From contig CAZHTG010000012.1 in the NCBI GenBank assembly GCA_964535795.1, positions 3,729-67,728 of the forward strand: 64,000 nt of DNA. The letters are read 5' to 3'. The notes under the pieces are model-generated. The model did not search any database. It was not told the DNA's origin and saw only the letters and a list, made by a program, of their open reading frames with translations. Position 1 is the stretch's first letter, and each line of letters begins with the position of its first letter. The DNA is from an uncultured Rikenella sp. (GTDB lineage: Bacteria > Bacteroidota > Bacteroidia > Bacteroidales > VadinHA17). This document shows positions 55,881 through 64,000 of this stretch, piece by piece. A program made the translations under genes and the position numbers.

Positions 55881-56600
55881 TCACAGACCAAGAAGCTGAA
55901 TGGCAAGTCCTGATACCGCGATAGTGGCTCCGGCAATCACGTTGACGTACTGTTCCAGCGGCTTCAGGTTTATCCGGCTCAGGCCGAGCCTGAAGGCAAG
56001 CACAACGGTCATCATGGTGGCTATGGTGACTGCCGAGAAGAGAAGTGATACGAGGATAACACCGTTGATGTTGTTTGCGGCGGCGGGATACATCAGTATT
56101 GGTATAAGGGGTTCGCACGGACCGAGGACGAATATCAGGAAGAGTATCCACGGGGTCATGTTTTTCCTGTCACCGATATGAATATGTGAATGACCGCTGA
56201 AATGATCATGCTCATGCTCATGTGTAATGCCTTCGGTATGGTGATGCTGATGCACATGCTTCTTCTTCCTGTAGAGCCGTCGCAGGCTGATGAGCATGTA
56301 AATGAAACCGAAAGCTATGAGCAGCCATGCTGCAATGTTCCCCCTGAATGATTCAAAAAGCTCCAGTTTTGAAAGTGACAATCCTGCAGCTATACCTATG
56401 AATCCTACTACCACTGAGCTGAGCACATGCCCGACTCCGCACAGGAAGGTTATGAACATAGTCTTCCTGATGCTCCAGGCACGCGCCTCCCCCATAACGA
56501 TGAACGGCAGGTAGTGGTCAGGCCCGATCAGTGTGTGAATGAACCCGATGGTCACCGCTGTTCCTGTAAGAACTAATGTTGATCCCTCCATATCCGGCAT
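55881..56600 (-). CDS. NicO/RcnA-like metal (Ni/Co) efflux membrane protein with His-rich loop
   Basis: GFIHTLIGPDH and GPCEP motifs parallel RcnA HGLEPGH/IPCPA. Central loop KKHVHQHHHTEGITHEHEHDHFSGHSHIH. Confidence 0.55.
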   Translation of the reverse strand: MPDMEGSTLVLTGTAVTIGFIHTLIGPDHYLPFIVMGEARAWSIRKTMFITFLCGVGHVLSSVVVGFIGIAAGLSLSKLELFESFRGNIAAWLLIAFGFIYMLISLRRLYRKKKHVHQHHHTEGITHEHEHDHFSGHSHIHIGDRKNMTPWILFLIFVLGPCEPLIPILMYPAAANNINGVILVSLLFSAVTIATMMTVVLAFRLGLSRINLKPLEQYVNVIAGATIAVSGLAIQLLGL

Positions 56601-56618
56601 GAAAACAGTGCAAAGATA

Positions 56619-57899
56619 CTAATTAAGCGATACAGGTGACCGTTCCACCCTGATCCAGTTTCCTTCAGACCAGGTCATCTCATGGAACCCCTTGTTAAGG
56701 CTGTCAAGAAGCCTTCTGGCATCCCTGACGAAAATCATCATGGCATCATAATGTGACGAAGACTGGAAGAATTCCGGCCTGTTCTCAAAGGCGGCGCATG
56801 GCAGTACATAGAACCTTCGCTTCCCATACTCGGTGGGGGTGTAAACCCATGTAAGTACATAGCCGGCGTCAGTGATGACCGTGGTGTCTCCCCGTGTGGC
56901 AAGGTCAAGCCTTATCATTGCTCCCCCGTCCCTTCTTCTTGTACGCTGGTTTGAGACGAAGTTGCCCATTGACCATACCACGGGATTTCTTATTGCGCAG
57001 GAATCGGATTCCGCTGTCATTGGCTGCAGCACATGGGGGTGCGAGCCGATGATAATGTCAGCTCCGCTTCTCAGCAGTGCAGCTGCGGTTTTCTTCTGGT
57101 CAGGGTCAGGCAGGGTGTCATATTCAGTCCCCCAGTGAATGAAGATGACAGTGGGGTCAGCACCTGAGTCAAACGATTTTCTTATATCAGCGGCTGCCCT
57201 GACGGTGTCAATATAGGAGACTGTTGCCGGAGGAGGCACAATTATGCCGTTGGTACCATAGGTATATGCCAGCAGCGCAAGACGAATGCTGTCATGGCAT
57301 ATCATCAGCGGTGACAGGCTGTCTCTTGCTTCACCGCTGACCCATGTGCCGGTATGGGCAATGTTAAGGCTGTCAAGCACCCTGATGGTGCGCACAAGAC
57401 CTTTTGTGCCCCGGTCGGCAGCATGATTGTTGGCAGTAACCAGGACGTCAAAACCCGCATTCAGACATGCCACGGCCAGGGCATCCGGTGAGCTGAAGGC
57501 CGGGTAACCCTTGTAGGGGGCACCCCCGAGAGTGACTTCCAGGTTGCCTATTGCAACATCAGCTGCGGAAATTAACGGCGAGATGTATTTGAAGACACTG
57601 TCATATTCATAAATACCCGTGGAATCATTGAGGGCAGCCGCGATCTGTCCGTCATGACCCATGATGTCTCCTGCGAAGAGAAGGGTGAGAACAGAATCAG
57701 GCACCTGCCCGGCAGTGAGGACTGAATCACGATGGTGGCCGGCTATGAGAGCCGTATCATGCCTGTGCCCTTCAAGGAGAGTTGAATCGTTCCCGTGCCC
57801 GGAAACGAGAACCGTATCCGGATCCTGAGCCCCGAGCATTACCGGAAGCATCAGACAGCTGATCAGAATGCAGGGCTTAAGGATTTTCATGATGCGCAC
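56619..57899 (-). CDS. CapA/PGA_cap family metallophosphatase-like protein with N-terminal decapeptide repeats
   Basis: LLFAGDIMGHD, NNHAAD and GSHPHVLQP motifs. Signal peptide. Confidence 0.8.
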   Translation of the reverse strand: MRIMKILKPCILISCLMLPVMLGAQDPDTVLVSGHGNDSTLLEGHRHDTALIAGHHRDSVLTAGQVPDSVLTLLFAGDIMGHDGQIAAALNDSTGIYEYDSVFKYISPLISAADVAIGNLEVTLGGAPYKGYPAFSSPDALAVACLNAGFDVLVTANNHAADRGTKGLVRTIRVLDSLNIAHTGTWVSGEARDSLSPLMICHDSIRLALLAYTYGTNGIIVPPPATVSYIDTVRAAADIRKSFDSGADPTVIFIHWGTEYDTLPDPDQKKTAAALLRSGADIIIGSHPHVLQPMTAESDSCAIRNPVVWSMGNFVSNQRTRRRDGGAMIRLDLATRGDTTVITDAGYVLTWVYTPTEYGKRRFYVLPCAAFENRPEFFQSSSHYDAMMIFVRDARRLLDSLNKGFHEMTWSEGNWIRVERSPVSLN

Positions 57900-57949
57900 T
57901 TTAGGGGACTATCCGTCTCAAAAATAGTCATAACTTTGCAAGTTCAAAA

Positions 57950-58555
57950 ATGTTTATTGCCATCATGGAAACACTTAATTCAGACCTGGTTACATATGTC
58001 CTGTTGCCACTTTTCATCTTTGTGGCACGTATCTTGGATGTCTCTCTCGGAACCCTCAGGATAATTTTTGTCACCAAGGGCATGAGGAGTGTAGCTCCGT
58101 TTGTTGGGTTTTTTGAAGTGCTGATCTGGTTGCTGGCCATCAGCCGCATCATGCAGGATCTTGACAATTGGGCCTGTTACATAGCCTATGCCGCAGGGTT
58201 TGCCACCGGTAATTTTGTAGGCATGTTAATCGAGGAAAAGCTCGCCATAGGACACGAGATGATCAGGGTCATCACCCGCAAGGATGCTACTAACCTGATC
58301 GGGGAGCTGAGGGCGAAGGGCTATGGAGTCACCTCCGTCAGGGCCGAGGGGATTGAGGGTGATGTGGCGGTAATTTATATCATTGCCCGCAGGAGTATGA
58401 TTAAGACGGTCCTCGATGATATCAACAGTTTCAATCCACGTGCTCTCTATACTGTGGAGTCGATCAAATATGTCAACAAGGAGATATTTCACCGTTCTGA
58501 GGAAGAACGTCAGTACAACTGGCTGACCAATCCCCGCAAGAGAAGCGGGAGATAG
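57950..58555 (+). CDS. UPF0316/DUF2179 family membrane protein
   Basis: ARILDVSLGTLRIIFVTKG motif, 3 TM helices and a C-terminal DUF2179-like domain. Confidence 0.7.
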   Translation: MFIAIMETLNSDLVTYVLLPLFIFVARILDVSLGTLRIIFVTKGMRSVAPFVGFFEVLIWLLAISRIMQDLDNWACYIAYAAGFATGNFVGMLIEEKLAIGHEMIRVITRKDATNLIGELRAKGYGVTSVRAEGIEGDVAVIYIIARRSMIKTVLDDINSFNPRALYTVESIKYVNKEIFHRSEEERQYNWLTNPRKRSGR

Positions 58556-58556
58556 A

Positions 58557-58970
58557 TTACTTTCCGGGTATGGCTTCCACCACCATAATGGTGTCCTTCA
58601 CATTGATATTGTTGTCCATCCAGACTGTAAGGATATGGTTGCCGGTACGTTTCGGGGTGATGGTGATGAGCGTATCACCTGCAACAATCATCTCGGGGCA
58701 TGCACCATAAGTCTCGAAATCAGCCAGGGCAATAAGTTCAAATTCGCGTTCGTCAGTCTCATCGAAGAAAAAGTGGATGTTCGACCAGCATCCGTTGTCC
58801 TGAGTCGCCATGGCATAGATGGTGAATGGTACGTTAACTACAGCAGTGGCCGGTACCAGCCTTTCACTGACTGGGATAACCACATCGCTGTATTTGGCGT
58901 GCGAGGGATCCATGTTGCATGAAGTGAGCATTACAGCTATAAGTAATGGCAGAAATTTAGTCAGGTGCAT
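58557..58970 (-). CDS. hypothetical lipoprotein
   Basis: Lipobox MLTSC. 137 aa. No recognised family. Confidence 0.5.
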   Translation of the reverse strand: MHLTKFLPLLIAVMLTSCNMDPSHAKYSDVVIPVSERLVPATAVVNVPFTIYAMATQDNGCWSNIHFFFDETDEREFELIALADFETYGACPEMIVAGDTLITITPKRTGNHILTVWMDNNINVKDTIMVVEAIPGK

Positions 58971-59002
58971 ATATGTTTAACTAATAAATTGTTACCATTT
59001 TT

Positions 59003-59569
59003 TTAGAAGGTCTCTCTGCCTTTATGTATTTTGGTACCGCTACCGGTCCAGGGCACAAGGTAGCCGTTTAATTCAATCCGGTTCCCCCAGTTTGTATTAA
59101 CTGTTGCAGACGCCATCTCTCCTGTTTTGTTCACATTCATCAAGATAGTGATGTTGCCGGCGTGTCCGATGGTATTCACCGTTATCATATAGGAGCCGTG
59201 TTTTTTCCCCTGTTCAATGTCGAGCGAGGTGATCTTGCCCCTCAATGTCACGCCACCGAGGCCGTTCAAACCATAACCTGAAGATGGAGATACCTGTACA
59301 TATGCATCTTTGCCTTCCACGGCAACAAAGTTGATTGTGGGGTCAACGTTCATTATATATCCTCCCCGTCCCCTTATCCGGTCAGCCTTAAGAACGAAGG
59401 TGCCTGACCTGAGCGCCTCCGCAGTGGTCATAGAAAGAGCTGTCTCCTTCTGTTTCTTCTGCTCCAGTTTAAGTGCCTTTTTTTCCTCCTTTGAAAGAGA
59501 AACCTTTCCCTGTCCTGTTACTGCTATAGTGAATAGCAGAACAATGACTGATGCTGCTATCTTTTTCAT
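59003..59569 (-). CDS. DUF4251-like exported protein
   Basis: Signal peptide, a Lys-rich helix (KEEKKALKLEQKKQKE) and a beta-rich body. Family assignment is from memory. Confidence 0.5.
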   Translation of the reverse strand: MKKIAASVIVLLFTIAVTGQGKVSLSKEEKKALKLEQKKQKETALSMTTAEALRSGTFVLKADRIRGRGGYIMNVDPTINFVAVEGKDAYVQVSPSSGYGLNGLGGVTLRGKITSLDIEQGKKHGSYMITVNTIGHAGNITILMNVNKTGEMASATVNTNWGNRIELNGYLVPWTGSGTKIHKGRETF

Positions 59570-59617
59570 TGTTTTTCAGTTTAGTTACACCTGGGAAAGT
59601 ACAAGAACCGTACCAAT

Positions 59618-61102
59618 TTATTCAACGTGGTAGAGAGCGAAAGTACTGATGTGGGGGGTTGCCCTGGAGGAGACAATTGTAAGCCTGATTTCGTCGGCTT
59701 TTACTTCGGGGAAACGGATAAGGCGCTTATACCCGATGGTTGTTCCGGTGGCTATTGTGTCCCATTCTGCGTCCGCCAGGGCTTCAATGACAAACTTCTC
59801 GACCCTCTGGCCTCTGCTGATCTCTTCCTGCAGCATCGCGACATTGAAGGTGGCGGCAATGGCGGGAACAAACGAGGCAACATTATTGCCGCGCGGGCTC
59901 CAGGAGGTATTATTGTCGCCGTCGATGGCGGCTGAGGCTCCCTGGCCGTAAGGCCTTGCGCCACTGAGAAGGTCAATGTCATACAGGCCGTCAATCCATG
60001 CCCTGAAAGCTTGCAGGCTTCTGATGTCATGATCGGTTATCAGGCCCCTGTTATCGGGGGGTACGTTTAGCAGAAGCACCGCGTTGCGGCCCACGGAGCT
60101 CAGGTATATATCCGCAAGCTTATCGACATCCTTTACCAGGCTGTCTTCAGAAGCGTGCCAGAACCATCCCGGCCGTATTGACACATCGACTTCGGCGGGG
60201 TACCAATAGACACCTCCTGCCTTGCTCAGCAGGGTGCTGCTGCCCAGGTCACCGGACAACGGAGTCAGCCCGAGCGCCTCGTTGATGGCCCGGCTGGCGG
60301 GTGTTCCTCCGGGCGCCAGTGCAGTGACGCTCCACTCCGTATCGCGACCGTAACCTGTCTCTGTGCCCACCCATCGCACATCCTCACCCATGATGGCGGT
60401 GACAGCGTCGGGCTGAAGCTTCCTGATGAGGTCATAATATGCCTGCCAGTCGTATTCCTGCCTGCGCCCGTCGGGGCCTTCGCCGTTGGCGCCGTCGAAC
60501 CACACCTCATCCACCTCGCCGTACAATGTCAGCAGCTCGGTAAGCTGATCCAAATAAAACCTGTTGTAAGCCGGTGAGTCGCCGTAACTCTTCGCATTGC
60601 GGTCCCATGGTGAAAGATAGACCCCGAACTTCATGTCGTGCCTGTCGCACGCATCCTTCAGCTCCCTGATCACATCGCCCCTCCCATCCTTCCAGGGGCT
60701 TGAAGCCACAGAATGGGCTGTCGTCTTCGTCGGCCACAGGCAGAAGCCGTCATGGTGCTTGGCTGTGATGATGACCATCTTCATCCCTGCCTCAGCGAGG
60801 ACCTTTACCCATTGGTCCGCGTCAAGAGAGACCGGATTAAACAGCTCCGGTGATTCGTCGCCGGTGCCCCACTCCCTGTCAGTAAAGGTGTTTATGCCGA
60901 AGTGAATGAAGGCCGTCATCTCCAGCTTCTGCCATTCAAGCTGCCGGGGATAGGGCACTACCCGCGCGGCAATCGCCTCCTTTGCCCCAAGGTTGGGTTT
61001 GACGGGAAATTTCACCCTGCCGGTGAAGTACTCAGATGCATCTTCCCTGTTACAGGAGATCAATACCAAAAAGCAACTTGCCGCAAGCAGGATCCTTTTC
61101 AT
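59618..61102 (-). CDS. alpha-L-fucosidase (GH29) with C-terminal F5/8 type C-like domain
   Basis: FIHFGINTFTDREWG and AKHHDGFCLWPT motifs. Lipoprotein signal LISC. Confidence 0.88.
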   Translation of the reverse strand: MKRILLAASCFLVLISCNREDASEYFTGRVKFPVKPNLGAKEAIAARVVPYPRQLEWQKLEMTAFIHFGINTFTDREWGTGDESPELFNPVSLDADQWVKVLAEAGMKMVIITAKHHDGFCLWPTKTTAHSVASSPWKDGRGDVIRELKDACDRHDMKFGVYLSPWDRNAKSYGDSPAYNRFYLDQLTELLTLYGEVDEVWFDGANGEGPDGRRQEYDWQAYYDLIRKLQPDAVTAIMGEDVRWVGTETGYGRDTEWSVTALAPGGTPASRAINEALGLTPLSGDLGSSTLLSKAGGVYWYPAEVDVSIRPGWFWHASEDSLVKDVDKLADIYLSSVGRNAVLLLNVPPDNRGLITDHDIRSLQAFRAWIDGLYDIDLLSGARPYGQGASAAIDGDNNTSWSPRGNNVASFVPAIAATFNVAMLQEEISRGQRVEKFVIEALADAEWDTIATGTTIGYKRLIRFPEVKADEIRLTIVSSRATPHISTFALYHVE

Positions 61103-61110
61103 CAGGCTGG

Positions 61111-61518
61111 TTATTTATCGGATCTGACGTACCTGGCATTCCTGAAGCGCAGGGCTGACCAGTCTTCATCAATGGCAACCTGGCCTACCCGCCTGAAACC
61201 GGTATCCTCCACGATTTCCCAGCCACGGTCACGGTTGATGTCACTGACATATCTCTTCGATGTGCCTTTGGGGTATGCCATCCAGAGTTTTCCGTCTTCG
61301 CTCAGGTTGTGAACGCATGCCGGGCCAATCCTCTTAACTTCAGACGAGCCGGGGGTAAATGCGATCATGAAGTCATAAAGATACCGGGCATTGATCTCAG
61401 TATCTATCTGCACTCCGGGCAAAAGCCCGTTTATGCGGTTCTGAAACCCTTCAGGCGCATTCAGAACTGCAATACGGTTCTGTTCGCCATATTTGAGTTT
61501 CTTCAGGATATCATCCAT
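61111..61518 (-). CDS. hypothetical cytoplasmic protein
   Basis: 135 aa from MDDILKKLKY. No recognised family. Confidence 0.5.
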   Translation of the reverse strand: MDDILKKLKYGEQNRIAVLNAPEGFQNRINGLLPGVQIDTEINARYLYDFMIAFTPGSSEVKRIGPACVHNLSEDGKLWMAYPKGTSKRYVSDINRDRGWEIVEDTGFRRVGQVAIDEDWSALRFRNARYVRSDK

Positions 61519-61607
61519 TTTCTTCCCTCTTTCCAGTCTACAAATATACAAATATAGGTTTAACTGAGCTTTGCTGTCATTTATTGGCATTTCAGGCTAT
61601 TCTGTTG

Positions 61608-61615
61608 TATATTTG
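61608..61615 (+). promoter_or_regulatory. -7 box (TATATTTG) driving the TPP riboswitch
   Basis: Exact TAnnTTTG match ending 10 nt before the riboswitch P1 stem. Confidence 0.45.
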
Positions 61616-61625
61616 TAATGTCAAA

Positions 61626-61708
61626 TTACGGGGTGCCTTACTTAACAGGCTGAGATCATACCCTTACAACCTGATCCGGGTAATGCCGGCGTAGGGAAAG
61701 AGAGTAAT
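61626..61708 (+). ncRNA. TPP (THI-box) riboswitch
   Basis: attacGGGGUGCC...GGCUGAGA...ACCC...AACCUGAUCCGGGUAAUGCCGGCGUAGGGAAAgagagtaat, with P1 attac/gtaat. Confidence 0.9.
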
Positions 61709-61755
61709 CATTTCCGGCTTGTTGAGACACCACCGCTTCTGACGATAATAGTTAA

Positions 61756-64000
61756 ATGGTTAGAGAAATGGTGAGGAAGATTTTGTTTTTCATTATTCTG
61801 ATGCTGGTTGCAGCAGGACCGCTGACAGGCCAGCGCTTCAGCGGAATGATCACAGGCAGGATTACTGACGAGGCCGGAGCGCCAATGGCAGGAGCTTCAG
61901 TTGTCATTGAGAGTCTCAGGGCCGGGGTGGCTGCGGATAATGACGGCAGGTATACCCTGCGTGGACTGCGTGACGGCACCTATTCACTGCGCATAAGTTT
62001 TACAGGTTATGAATCTTTTGATACTGTTGTGGTTGTCAGGGGCACCACTGTGGCCGATGCATCGCTCAGGGAGGGACTGTTCCTGGCTGAGGAGGTCATT
62101 GTCAGGGGGAGTCGCGCCGGCAACCGCACACCCATGGCACACAGCACCGTGCATGCTTCAGAGCTGAGAGAGCGTGATCTGACAAGGGACATGCCATATC
62201 TTTTATCACTTACGCCTTCGGTGGTTGAGACCTCCGATGCAGGCAACGGTATCGGTTATACCTCACTGAGGATACGCGGCACTGACGCCAGCAGGATAAA
62301 CATAACCATCGACGGCATCCCTCTCAATGATGCTGAATCGCAGCAGGTGTTCTGGGTCGATCTGCCTGACCTGGCCTCCTCGGCAGGTAGTATCCAGGTG
62401 CAGCGCGGGGTAGGCACCTCCACCAACGGTGCCGGCGCCTTCGGAGCCTCGGTTAACATAAGCAGCATGACGCCGCCGGCAGACCCTGGCGCTGCCGCTG
62501 AGCTCTCATACGGCTCCTTCAACACCATGCGCGCCTCGGCCAGGGCATGGTCAGGAATGGTTGATGACAGGTTCAGCATGATGGTCAGGGCATCAGGCAT
62601 AAGCAGCGACGGTTTTGTCGACTACAGCGCCTCAAACCTCAGATCGGCCATGGTCACGGGCATATGGTCCGGGCCTGCTGACATGATCAGGTTCAACATG
62701 ATCACAGGCAGCGAGAAGACAGGAATAAGCTGGTGGGGTGTGCCCGCTGAGGTGCTACCGGAAAGCAGGAGATACAACCCGGCCGGAGAGTACGTTGACG
62801 CAAACGGCGTAACCCGCTACTATGAGGATGAGACCGACGTCTATTCTCAAAACCATTATCACCTCTTCCACACCCACCTCTTCACAGGACATGTCAGCCT
62901 CAATACCGGGCTTCACCTTACAACGGGAAAGGGATACTACGAGGAACAGAAGAGCGATATTGACCCGTTTGAATATGGTATCTCGGACATGTTCCCCTCT
63001 GACCCCATTATCAACGAGTTGGATATCGTCCAGCAGAAGTGGCTCAGTAACCTCTTCTTCGGTGCGGTATGGTCATTGATAAAGCAGGGGAACAGTGCCG
63101 AATGGACACTGGGGGGGGCGCTAAACAGGTATGACGGCGATCATTACGGAAGGATAAAGTGGCTAGAATATCCCGGCAACCTGGCACCGGGACACGAGTG
63201 GTACCGGAATAACGGGCTGAAGGATGAACTAAACGTTTATGGCAAGGTCAACGCCGGGGTTTCAGGCAGCCTTAGTGCCTTCCTTGACCTGCAGCTGAGA
63301 CTAATCAGTTATCGCTTCGAGGGACCTGACGATGACATGAAGGACCTCACCGGCAGCCACCTGTTCACCTTCTTCAATCCCAAGGCAGGTCTTTTCTGGA
63401 GCAACGGCAGCGGCAGCGAGGCTTTTGTCTCGGCTGCGGTAGCCCATCGCGAACCCTCCAGGACAGACTTCAAAGATGCTGCCGGCGACCCCGGGGCAAC
63501 TCCCCGGCAGGAGCGTCTTACCGACCTTGAAGGAGGATACGCATACAGGAACCCGAGGGCTGCCGTGAGCGTAAATCTCTATTACATGCATTACAATGAC
63601 CAGCTGGTACCGACAGGTCAGATAAGCAACACCGGCTATCCGGTAATGACCAATGTGCCGGTCAGCTTCAGGACAGGAGTGGAGCTGTCGGGAAGTTACA
63701 GACCCTCCCCGGTGGTGGCACTGAGGGTGAACCTGACTCTCAGCAGGAGCAGGATAAGGGACTTCCTGAACTACTACTTCAACTATAACACCGATGACTG
63801 GAGCGAGGAGTATCTATTCAGTGACCTCGGCACTGTTGACATTGCATACTCACCCCGGGTCACGGGCTCGGCGGAGCTGGAGGTCAATCCTGTGGAGCGG
63901 CTTTCGGTCAGACTTACAGGAAAATATGTTGGCAAACAGTACTTTGACAATACGATGAGCGAGGAGAGAAGCATCAGCCCGTACCTGGTCAGCAACCTCT
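61756..64000 (+). CDS. TonB-dependent outer-membrane receptor (CarboxypepD_reg N-terminus), TPP-riboswitch controlled; truncated by window end
   Basis: Own translation: MVREMVRKILFFIILMLVAAGPLTGQRFSGMITGRITDEAGAPMAGASVVIE...RGLRDGTYSLRISFTGYE...SLRIRGTDASRINITIDGIPLND. The frame stays open to the window end. It is absent from the track because there is no stop. Confidence 0.85.
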   Translation, partial: MVREMVRKILFFIILMLVAAGPLTGQRFSGMITGRITDEAGAPMAGASVVIESLRAGVAADNDGRYTLRGLRDGTYSLRISFTGYESFDTVVVVRGTTVADASLREGLFLAEEVIVRGSRAGNRTPMAHSTVHASELRERDLTRDMPYLLSLTPSVVETSDAGNGIGYTSLRIRGTDASRINITIDGIPLNDAESQQVFWVDLPDLASSAGSIQVQRGVGTSTNGAGAFGASVNISSMTPPADPGAAAELSYGSFNTMRASARAWSGMVDDRFSMMVRASGISSDGFVDYSASNLRSAMVTGIWSGPADMIRFNMITGSEKTGISWWGVPAEVLPESRRYNPAGEYVDANGVTRYYEDETDVYSQNHYHLFHTHLFTGHVSLNTGLHLTTGKGYYEEQKSDIDPFEYGISDMFPSDPIINELDIVQQKWLSNLFFGAVWSLIKQGNSAEWTLGGALNRYDGDHYGRIKWLEYPGNLAPGHEWYRNNGLKDELNVYGKVNAGVSGSLSAFLDLQLRLISYRFEGPDDDMKDLTGSHLFTFFNPKAGLFWSNGSGSEAFVSAAVAHREPSRTDFKDAAGDPGATPRQERLTDLEGGYAYRNPRAAVSVNLYYMHYNDQLVPTGQISNTGYPVMTNVPVSFRTGVELSGSYRPSPVVALRVNLTLSRSRIRDFLNYYFNYNTDDWSEEYLFSDLGTVDIAYSPRVTGSAELEVNPVERLSVRLTGKYVGKQYFDNTMSEERSISPYLVSNL

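Noticed and set aside
1-64000. CRISPR arrays, transposases, integrases, restriction-modification systems, toxin-antitoxin pairs or other defence islands.
   Set aside because: I saw no regularly spaced direct repeats, and no ORF with recognisable nuclease, integrase, transposase or methyltransferase motifs. The only repeats found are the 44-nt tandem at 46863-46976, the 30-nt coding repeat at 57675-57824 and the tRNA-derived fragments.

Overview
This is a Bacteroidota-type chromosomal segment. The evidence is SusC/SusD pairs, DUF5683/DUF4290/DUF4492/DUF4251 families, TAnnTTTG -7 promoter boxes, lipoprotein signal peptides and tight gene packing. About 85% of the window is conserved housekeeping: lon, coaD, pyrE, birA, rsfS-ftsH-cdsA-psd, cydAB, a DAHP synthase/chorismate mutase, pssA, parAB, mltD, dnaJ-grpE, one tRNA-His and a TPP riboswitch.

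I recognised no CRISPR array, transposase, integrase, toxin-antitoxin pair or classical defence gene. No complete, clearly novel system can be asserted from the sequence alone.

The least ordinary parts are:
1. A respiratory island at 1-9651. It holds a di-heme cytochrome b, NrfC-like and NrfD-like subunits, an unknown anchored protein, a monoheme cytochrome c, a divergent hexaheme lipoprotein with a collagen-like linker, an FNR-like regulator with a perfect FNR box, and fused CcsBA.
2. A structured 450-nt intergenic region next to tRNA-His. It is built from tRNA-His-derived fragments and has its own promoter-like box and terminator.
3. A single-polypeptide SGNH-MBOAT O-acyltransferase next to MltD.
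4. A sigma-54 enhancer-binding protein with no DNA-binding domain and a GSFTSA loop, together with several sigma-54-like -24/-12 elements in the window.

Start codons are my choice among in-frame candidates and are less certain than stops. All functional calls come from motif and family recognition by eye, not from database searches.
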